Positions 28,719 to 35,676 of a stretch of 35,676 nt of DNA are shown here, piece by piece. Under the pieces are notes generated by a model. That model had not been told where the DNA came from, did no database searches, and saw nothing but the letters and a program-made list of their open reading frames with translations. Both the position numbers and the translations under genes were made by a program. How positions within the stretch are numbered: position 1 is the first letter of the stretch; every line of letters begins with the position of its first letter. Source of the DNA: an uncultured Coriobacteriia bacterium (GTDB taxonomy: Bacteria; Actinomycetota; Coriobacteriia; Coriobacteriales; QAMH01); NCBI GenBank assembly GCA_949879855.1, contig CATLBX010000004.1:1-35676 (forward strand), written 5' to 3'.

Positions 28719-31385
28719 TCAGCCCATCTTCTGCGTAAGCGCCACCTCCAGCCGCAGCAGCTCGGGGTCGGTGGTGACGAGCGCGTTGTAGAGCTCCCGC
28801 GTCTCGATGGACGGATCGAGCCCGAGGGTGCTTTGCAGGTAGTCACGGCACGAGAGAAACGTCTTGATGGCCGGGCAGCGCTGGCCCGAGGCGATCTGCG
28901 CCTTCATGAGCACGCGGTACACGTCCTCGCGACCCTGGTCCTCCTCCATGGCCTTGCGTGCGAACCACAGGGCGATGCGCGTGTCGTGTACCCGCAAGGC
29001 GCATTCCGTCGCCGCGACCATGGCATCGACGTACAGCGCACGGTAGCGGTCGCGCTGGGCGTTGACGGCGCGTATGCCCCTTTCGCTGGGTATGAGCTCT
29101 CCCCGGTAGAGGACCTCGATCTTCGCGTAGGTGTCGAGCAGGTAGTTCGCGTCGTGGTCCGAGACGAGCAGATGCCGCGTGAGCTGCTCGAATTCGGCGA
29201 CATCGGAGCGCACGAACCGCGGGTCCACGCGGCAGTACTCGCCATTGCGCTCGAGATAGGGCGCCTCGCCGACTATCGAGACGCAATTGGCCCAGACGGT
29301 ATAGAAATTATCGAGCGCATGGGTGCGTGATAACCCCGGCCACAGCTGCTTGAAGAGGTCTTCACGGGGTACGTCGCGACCGTGGTTGAGCACGAGCAGG
29401 GCAAAGAGCGCGCGGGCCTTCTTGCGCCACTTGCCCTCGCTGAGAAACGCGTCGCCGATGGTGACCTCGAAGCCACCGAACAGGCGCACGTACATCTCGT
29501 CGGCTCTCGTGGCGGCAACGTCGGGACCCGGGGTCTTGACGGCATCCTGGGAGGACAACCCCCGCAGCTCCCAGGGAATCGAGGCGGATTCCCGTCCGCA
29601 ACAGGCGGCGAGCATTCCGAGCATGTGGGCGGCGCCGTCGAGGACCTTGGCATCGCGCCGGTCGACGACCGGGCCAACCAACCCGAAGTACCCCGTTTGC
29701 CACATGTCACGCACGAGCAGGGCCTCCGAGAAGGTCGACACCCCGCAGCGGCGCATCCTGAGCACGGCATCGCATCCCAGCTCCTGGACAAGACGACGCA
29801 AGCCGGGATTGTCCACATGGGCGAGCACGTGCAGGCCAAGCCTGAATGCCCGGGTGTCGCCAATGGACTCGGCGTTCTGGGTGAACAGCGCGCCGAGCTG
29901 TCGCACCCGCTGCTTGCCCGGACCGCGCCGCACCTTTTCGTACCTGAGGTCATCGTCGGGCCCGGCAGGGCAGAACGCCCGCGCAAGCTCGGCGTTCGTG
30001 CACGAGTCGAGCACGTTGGCGACAAAGGCCAGGGCACTTGGCGCAGTATCTTCTGACGAGAGCGCGTATTGCTCGTTGTCGACGATCGCGTTCTCGTCGA
30101 ACTGGGCGAGGACGATGCGCGCCGCGACGCTCGCGGCATCGGGCTTCTCGGCTGAGCCCTGCATAACGAGGACGCGTCGTGCGATATGGCAGGCCTCGCG
30201 CGCGTCTCCGGACAGGCCGGCTACCCAGGCGTGAATCGCCTGCAACGTGCCACTTGCCGCGTACGTCGCCTCGGGGCAGCGGTCGAGCAACGTGGAGACA
30301 AGATGCACCTCGCCCGCATCGAGGAAATCCCAACCGTGCTCGACGAGCCAGGCCGCGCAACGCTCGTCATTGCAGAAAGCGTCGATGATGGCGGAGCCAC
30401 GACGCAGGTCACCGCGCCTGAACAACGCGCCGAGCACACGTTCGGAAAGCGCATGGCTACCCTCGAGCACGACCGGCTCGAGCTTGTTGGCAAGAATCGC
30501 CCACCTCAGGTCGGCCAGCTCGAAGCCGGCGACCCCGAACGCTCCCGAAACCGTGTCGATGCCAAAGATCGGATAATCGCGCACGAGCAGGGACAGGTCC
30601 TCGTTCCTGAGAGTGACGCCAACGCCCCCGAGGTCATGCATCGTCCCCGTCTTGAACAAGAGCATGGCGAACATGCCGCGCACGAGCTCGAGAGGCAGCT
30701 TCTCGGAGAACAGCTCCTTGAGGCACTGGCGCTGCGCCATCGTGCTTTCGCCCCAGATGACCGCCGGGGCATGGCCGAACAGCAGCTTGCCGGCATCGAC
30801 CCAGCGCTTCTTGCCAAACGCCCGACTACCGCCATCTTGCTCCGTCACCTGGCGGGGAGCGCACTCCTGCTCGGAGACGAGCAGGTCGGCTGCGTGTATG
30901 CAGAGGCAATCGGATTGCAGGGCACTGAGGGAGTCGCAGGTTGGCGTCGTGGTCATGACGACCTCGATGCCGACATAGAGGGCGGCCTCGATGTGCCGCG
31001 AGAGCATGTTGGCGCGTTGCTCGCGCAGCCAGGGCACGTCATCGAGAACGACCAGGCTCGCAGGGGCGCCTCGCCGCAAGATCGCGTTGTCGTTCCCGTC
31101 AAGCGAGAGCAGGAAGTCGGGACTCGAGGCATCGACCCAGTTGACGGCGTCGGTGCGAAAGAGGCGTTGCGCGTATTCGCGGGCGAGCTCCGTCTTCCCA
31201 AAACCATGTGGGGCCGTGATGACCCGCAGGACATTGCGCTCCTGGAGCATCGTCGATATGAGCTCGTCTCGCTTTACGTGTCCTGCCGACAGCGCCTGCG
31301 TGCACGCGTCCTTCGCGAAACCGTGCCGTTGACTCCCGCCCGCGTCCTCCAATGCCCCGAAATCGAGCTTCAGTTCCTCGTCCAT
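28719..31385 (-). CDS. Large regulator: degenerate MalT-like NTPase N-terminus with C-terminal winged helix and BTAD (SARP-type)
   Basis: TAPHGFGKT and VVLDD. C-terminal RLFGGF…KARAL..LL…LWP…LYRG…E..YR.LM…LGLDPS.ET. RBS GGAGG before ATG 31385. Confidence 0.82.
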   Translation of the reverse strand: MDEELKLDFGALEDAGGSQRHGFAKDACTQALSAGHVKRDELISTMLQERNVLRVITAPHGFGKTELAREYAQRLFRTDAVNWVDASSPDFLLSLDGNDNAILRRGAPASLVVLDDVPWLREQRANMLSRHIEAALYVGIEVVMTTTPTCDSLSALQSDCLCIHAADLLVSEQECAPRQVTEQDGGSRAFGKKRWVDAGKLLFGHAPAVIWGESTMAQRQCLKELFSEKLPLELVRGMFAMLLFKTGTMHDLGGVGVTLRNEDLSLLVRDYPIFGIDTVSGAFGVAGFELADLRWAILANKLEPVVLEGSHALSERVLGALFRRGDLRRGSAIIDAFCNDERCAAWLVEHGWDFLDAGEVHLVSTLLDRCPEATYAASGTLQAIHAWVAGLSGDAREACHIARRVLVMQGSAEKPDAASVAARIVLAQFDENAIVDNEQYALSSEDTAPSALAFVANVLDSCTNAELARAFCPAGPDDDLRYEKVRRGPGKQRVRQLGALFTQNAESIGDTRAFRLGLHVLAHVDNPGLRRLVQELGCDAVLRMRRCGVSTFSEALLVRDMWQTGYFGLVGPVVDRRDAKVLDGAAHMLGMLAACCGRESASIPWELRGLSSQDAVKTPGPDVAATRADEMYVRLFGGFEVTIGDAFLSEGKWRKKARALFALLVLNHGRDVPREDLFKQLWPGLSRTHALDNFYTVWANCVSIVGEAPYLERNGEYCRVDPRFVRSDVAEFEQLTRHLLVSDHDANYLLDTYAKIEVLYRGELIPSERGIRAVNAQRDRYRALYVDAMVAATECALRVHDTRIALWFARKAMEEDQGREDVYRVLMKAQIASGQRCPAIKTFLSCRDYLQSTLGLDPSIETRELYNALVTTDPELLRLEVALTQKMG

Positions 31386-31398
31386 GACCGTACCTCCC

Positions 31399-31656
31399 TC
31401 AGAGCAGCGTTTCGCACACGAGGAAGACGACCTGGGATAGCGCCGCATGCGGCGTGCACGTGACTGCGATCGCGCAGATGAGCAGGAGCATGCCGCCTGC
31501 AGAGAGCAGGCATGACACGATGAGCAACGCGCGTGGCTGGCGCACCTCGCGCGCCCCTTGGCCCTCGGGGGCCTCGTCTCGTGAAAACCGGGCGAGACGC
31601 TCCATTATGGCCGGGGCGCTTTCCTGCGAAGGTGCAGGTGGAACCACAATGCTCAT
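31399..31656 (-). CDS. Small putative membrane protein
   Basis: RBS GAGGAG and a hydrophobic C-terminal half. Ends 13 bp before the BTAD gene. Confidence 0.5.
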   Translation of the reverse strand: MSIVVPPAPSQESAPAIMERLARFSRDEAPEGQGAREVRQPRALLIVSCLLSAGGMLLLICAIAVTCTPHAALSQVVFLVCETLL

Positions 31657-31718
31657 CTTGACTCCTCGCTATCGCTCTTGCGAGAAGGCAGGGTACCCGC
31701 ACCGATTATCGCGCTCGT

Positions 31719-31781
31719 GAAAAATCATCTCCACAAGATATGATTTTTCGCAAACCATGGTTTGAATTAGCGTTACGTAAC
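31719..31781. promoter_or_regulatory. Cluster of palindromes in an AT-rich intergenic region
   Basis: GAAAAATCAT-N11-ATGATTTTTC, AAACCATGGTTT and GTTACGTAAC. Confidence 0.5.
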
Positions 31782-31787
31782 TCGCAT

Positions 31788-32417
31788 CTATTCCACCACG
31801 GCGCTGATGTCTATGTGGACCTTCAGAAGGCGCACGCCCTTGACGTCAATGAGTACGTCGCGACATATCCGCTTGAAACCGCTTCTCTCGAGGGCACCGT
31901 GCCCGACAAGGTCACCATAGGGCATGTCGCTCGTGACAATCTGGGGCTCAGCGGGCCTGGTCGCATGCCAGCGACCCGACTCCGCGAGATGCAGCACATC
32001 GGCACGCGAGTTGTCATGCTCGACGAGCCTGCTCAGGTCGATGCTGACATCGACACCCGATTTTCCGTAGATGATGTTATAGATGCCGCAGTACATGACG
32101 AGAAAGGCAAGGAGCACATCGCCCGCCTCGCGGTGGGTGCACACGATGATGAGCTTGAGGCGTTCGGGGTGGCTTTCCTTCCGGAAGAAGCTCTCGAGCC
32201 CCATGGCCATGTCGTCGGCGTCCATGAAATACGCCTCGTCGATGATCGCGAGGCTTCCGCCTGCCGCGATGGTGTTGTGGAGCACGTTTTCGAGCGCTCC
32301 TTCGTGAGGTGGATTGAAACGCAAGTCGATGTCATCCCCTAGCACCGACGTGAAGTAACCGCTTCTCTCGTGCGTCGTCAGAACGACCGCACCCTTGGAA
32401 TCGCATGGAGTCTTCAT
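31788..32417 (-). CDS. Hypothetical protein, possible degenerate receiver-like fold
   Basis: Alternating beta/alpha pattern (LAIIDE, LIIVC, GD.LL..LV…GIYNII). Start at 32417 is tentative. Confidence 0.6.
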   Translation of the reverse strand: MKTPCDSKGAVVLTTHERSGYFTSVLGDDIDLRFNPPHEGALENVLHNTIAAGGSLAIIDEAYFMDADDMAMGLESFFRKESHPERLKLIIVCTHREAGDVLLAFLVMYCGIYNIIYGKSGVDVSIDLSRLVEHDNSRADVLHLAESGRWHATRPAEPQIVTSDMPYGDLVGHGALERSGFKRICRDVLIDVKGVRLLKVHIDISAVVE

Positions 32418-32515
32418 CTGCCCAATCCCCCCTATGATGATATGTCCCTGCCCGTGCACGCACCTCCTTGCCCTATAATCCCTTGTGGTCATGACTATAT
32501 GACGGGCCCTAGTAG

Positions 32516-32998
32516 ATGGGAAGGCAAATGACCGGTAAACCGCAGCGGGACATGCCCAAGGAGACGATTCGGGTCGCCGTCGGCGAAGACGTCTACGCTT
32601 CGGTACTGCCGTTGCTCAAGAACGACGCCCTGACCTTTGCGAGCGTAAGCCAGCTCGTCGAGACCATCGTCTTTCTATCCGAACACATCTATGTCGCGGA
32701 AATCGATGACAGCTTCGTCATCGGACTCGTGAAGCTACGGGCGAACAGGACCATCGCCCAAATCAGAGATCCGCGGCTTACGGCATCGCGCTACATACAC
32801 GTCACGCTCGACGTGGGCGCGGTCGAATTCCTCGATTTGCTCGTGCGCAAGTATCACACGCTCTTCAGGAACCGCAGTGACGTCATGGAACTCCTGCTCC
32901 TCAACATCGGGCAGGAATGCGATACGCCAAGCGGGATTCGCTATTACGCAAACAGGCTTGCCGAGGTGCTCAGCTTGCACCCCACCCGCAAACGATAG
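32516..32998 (+). CDS. Hypothetical protein with two RHH-like repeats
   Basis: IHVTLD..AVEFLDLLV….FRNRSDVMELLL and a weaker copy IRVAVG…FASVSQLVE. TATAAT at 32474-32479. Confidence 0.6.
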   Translation: MGRQMTGKPQRDMPKETIRVAVGEDVYASVLPLLKNDALTFASVSQLVETIVFLSEHIYVAEIDDSFVIGLVKLRANRTIAQIRDPRLTASRYIHVTLDVGAVEFLDLLVRKYHTLFRNRSDVMELLLLNIGQECDTPSGIRYYANRLAEVLSLHPTRKR

Positions 32999-33001
32999 GC
33001 C

Positions 33002-33640
33002 CTATTTCTCGCGTTCGAGGCGCTTCTTGTGCGCGGCGACGATCTGCTCGGAGCGCATGCGCAGGGTGCCGGAGGCGTTCTCGGAATCGAACTTCATGCG
33101 CTGCGCGAGTGCGGAGCTCGTGGCAAGCGAGATGTTCCCCTCGGCGAAGGCGACGAGCTGCATGAGCATGTCGGTGAATTCGGGATTGCCGTGATAGCAC
33201 TGGATGGCCTCGTCGATCTGCGTCCAGACCTCCTCGGAGTTATCCACCGAAGCGCTCCCGTAACCGCAGAAGAAGTGGAACGCGGCCTCGCGCACGAAGC
33301 CGTTCGTCTCGTCATAGAGCGAATCCTCCGCGGCGACGAGCACGTCCTCGTCATAGCGCTGGCCGGCCTTGCCCATCTGGTCGAGCGCGTGCAGGACCTC
33401 CCAGCGCGTCTGCGCCTCGGGCTTGGTCAGGCCGCTTGCGATGTCATCAGCGTAGGGCAGCAGCACGCTCGCGTCCTTGCTGGCGATGAGCGCCACGGTC
33501 GAGGCGGCCTTCTGGCGACGGATCCTGCTCGACCCGGCTATCTCCTGCGCGAGCGCATCGACAATGTCTTCGTCGACAAGCGCCTGCTCGGCCAGGGCCT
33601 CGCGCTCCTCCGCCGTGCCAATCTTCAGTTCCTCTGCCAT
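33002..33640 (-). CDS. HEAT/ARM-repeat-like hypothetical protein
   Basis: All-helical repeats (RQKAA, TRWEVL.AL, VREAA), host codon usage. Confidence 0.7.
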   Translation of the reverse strand: MAEELKIGTAEEREALAEQALVDEDIVDALAQEIAGSSRIRRQKAASTVALIASKDASVLLPYADDIASGLTKPEAQTRWEVLHALDQMGKAGQRYDEDVLVAAEDSLYDETNGFVREAAFHFFCGYGSASVDNSEEVWTQIDEAIQCYHGNPEFTDMLMQLVAFAEGNISLATSSALAQRMKFDSENASGTLRMRSEQIVAAHKKRLEREK

Positions 33641-33677
33641 AGGAGCACGCCCTTTCGCTTCTCGTTGCCTGTCTTGC

Positions 33678-35093
33678 CTAGTCGTTGTAGAACGTCTGCA
33701 CGTGGTCGATCTCCTGAACGACCTCTTCTTGCACCGTCTGCTCGCGCTCGTCCATGGAAACGTAGGAGCGCGTGTTGTTGATTGCCTTGTACGCGGGGCG
33801 AATGATGCGCTTGCCCTCGACGATCTCCTCGAAGCGATGCGCCGCCCAGCCAGCCATGCGGGCCGTGGCGAACAACGGCGTGTAGAGCTCTTCGGGGATG
33901 CCGAGCATCATGTACACGAGCCCGGAGTACATGTCGATGTTGGCGCAGATCGCCTTGCGAGAGCCACGAGCCTCCTGGAAGAGCTCGGGCGTGAGCCGCT
34001 CGATGGTCTCCACGAGCTCGAACTCCTGCTCGTACTGCGTGCCATGGGCGAGCTCGCGCGCGTACTTCTTGCAGATGGTCGCACGCGGATCGCTGAGCGT
34101 GTAGACGGCATGGCCCATGCCGTAGATGAGGCCGCTGTTGTCGAAGGCCTCCTTCTTGAGGACGCGGCGCAGGTAGTCGGCCACCTGCCCCTCATCGCTC
34201 GGGTCGCTCACCTGCTCCATGAGGTCGCGGCGCTGCTCGACCACCTTGATGTTGGCGCCGCCGTGCCGCGGCCCCTTGAGCGAGCATATGCCACCGGCAT
34301 AGGCCGAGTACGCATCGGTACCGCTCGAGGTGAGGACGCGCGTGGTGAAGGTCGAGTTGTTGCCTCCGCCGTGCTCGGCGTGGAGCATGAGCATGATGTC
34401 GAGCATGCGGGCTTCCTCGGCCGTGTACTGCATGTCGTGACGCAGCATGTAGAGGAAGGTCTCGGCAGTCGAGAGACCCGGCTTGGGCGGGTTTATGTAC
34501 ATGGGGCTGCCGGCAACGGTGCGCTGGCGGCTGGCCAGATAGGACAGGGCGGCGATACGCGGCAGGCGGCTCAGGAGCTGGACGGCGACCTCGATTTCAT
34601 GGCGCTTGTTGATGGCGTCGATCTCGTCGGCACCGTCGGCGGCGTAGAGCATGAGCACGCTGCGGGCCATCATGTTCATGACGTTTTCGGACGGGTAGTT
34701 CATGATGAGGTTGTTGACGAAGCCGTTCGGCAGGTCGCGAAAGCCGTCGATGGCGGCGTTGAAGCGCTCGAGTTCGGCGCGCTTGGGCAGGTCACCGGCA
34801 ATCAGGAGGTAGGCAAGTTCCTCGTAGCCGGCACGGCCCTCCGCGGCGGCGGCGTCGACGAGGTCCTCGATGTCGTAGCCGCGCAACGTAAGCCGGCCTT
34901 CGTCGGGCACGCGCACTCCCTCATCCGTAAGGTAGCCGTGCACGTTGGATATCGAGGTGATGCCGGCGACGACACCCGTGCCATCGGCATTGCGCAGACC
35001 GCGTTTGACGTTGAAGTGGCTGTAATAGCTCTGGTCGTAACCGCTATATGCACCAAAGTGCTGAAAGACCTCGGATTCCTTTGGATCTGACAC
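33678..35093 (-). CDS. gltA: Citrate synthase family protein
   Basis: GLR, G.L..RGY, HAEHGGGNNSTF, GPRHGGAN, GMGHAVY..DPR, NIDMYSG, IRP. Start uncertain. Confidence 0.92.
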   Translation of the reverse strand: MSDPKESEVFQHFGAYSGYDQSYYSHFNVKRGLRNADGTGVVAGITSISNVHGYLTDEGVRVPDEGRLTLRGYDIEDLVDAAAAEGRAGYEELAYLLIAGDLPKRAELERFNAAIDGFRDLPNGFVNNLIMNYPSENVMNMMARSVLMLYAADGADEIDAINKRHEIEVAVQLLSRLPRIAALSYLASRQRTVAGSPMYINPPKPGLSTAETFLYMLRHDMQYTAEEARMLDIMLMLHAEHGGGNNSTFTTRVLTSSGTDAYSAYAGGICSLKGPRHGGANIKVVEQRRDLMEQVSDPSDEGQVADYLRRVLKKEAFDNSGLIYGMGHAVYTLSDPRATICKKYARELAHGTQYEQEFELVETIERLTPELFQEARGSRKAICANIDMYSGLVYMMLGIPEELYTPLFATARMAGWAAHRFEEIVEGKRIIRPAYKAINNTRSYVSMDEREQTVQEEVVQEIDHVQTFYND

Positions 35094-35400
35094 GTGCTGC
35101 TCTTTCGCTTGGCATGCGCATGGGTGTTGCGCAGGGGTTTGCAATGTAAGCGGCTATTATACTCCAGCATGATGCAGTGCCCGGTAACGGGAACGTGACA
35201 GGTGGGCGAATCCGACAGGCGATTGAGGGCTTGCCCTCGCACCCGACCTGCACCTCGCGCGCTGCCGCTGCGGAACTCGCGCGCATAAATCGCGCGCTCA
35301 GACAGTCCTCGCAAAACCGCATCGCGCTCGTCGCATGTCTGCTCGAGATGCCCACAATCGCCTGTTGTATTCGCCGGTTTGAATTTGGAGGGCTCTCGTT

Positions 35401-35676
35401 CTACAGCTCCCGGCGGGATTCGATGGCACGCCCGAGCGTGACCTCGTCCGCGTACTCGAGTTCGCCACCCACGGGAAGGCCGCTGGCCAGACGCGTCACA
35501 CGAATGCCAAGCGGTTTGATGATGCGGGCCAGGTAGCTGGCCGTGGTCTCGCCCTCCACATCAGGGTTCGTGGCGACGAGAACTTCCTCGACGGGCTCGG
35601 ACCCCAGACGCGCCATGAGGTCGGAGATGTGCAGGTCCTCGGGCATCGACCCTTCCATGGGATTGATGACGCCCCC
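35401..35676 (-). CDS. recR: Recombination mediator RecR, 3' part (TOPRIM domain)
   Basis: [13 protein letters not shown]…[22 protein letters not shown]. The frame runs off the window end. Confidence 0.95.
   Translation of the reverse strand, partial: GGVINPMEGSMPEDLHISDLMARLGSEPVEEVLVATNPDVEGETTASYLARIIKPLGIRVTRLASGLPVGGELEYADEVTLGRAIESRREL

Overview
High-GC bacterial chromosome segment, most consistent with Actinomycetota class Coriobacteriia (inferred from gene content, a frameshift-free prfB and DUF5648-type surface proteins). Almost all genes are on the minus strand. The core backbone, in transcription order, is recR(3' part), citrate synthase, HEAT-like protein, a regulatory block (tandem RHH-like protein, unknown protein, small membrane protein, MalT-like ATPase/BTAD regulator), secA, prfB, split transketolase, ftsE, ftsX, mazG-like, ftsB/divIC-like, tRNA-Leu(TAA), hypothetical, polyprenyl synthase, CwlM-like PG-binding protein and three NlpC/P60 hydrolases. 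After an accessory region come tRNA-Pro(CGG), tatA, greA, lysS, glutaredoxin and clpC(5' part). The accessory region (~4.0-14.0 kb) holds a C1A protease and a 5'-truncated, frameshifted surface protein sharing a near-identical C-terminal module, a YARHG-like membrane protein, two toxin-antitoxin pairs, antitoxin remnants and a LytTR/XRE pair. Most notable: (1) co-oriented REP-like hairpins that follow stop codons and delimit accessory gene blocks like cassettes; (2) an RF2 with SPT instead of SPF in a window where TAG is the dominant stop codon; (3) the shared C-terminal surface module, with a 30-bp exact remnant that brackets a 2.2-kb block.
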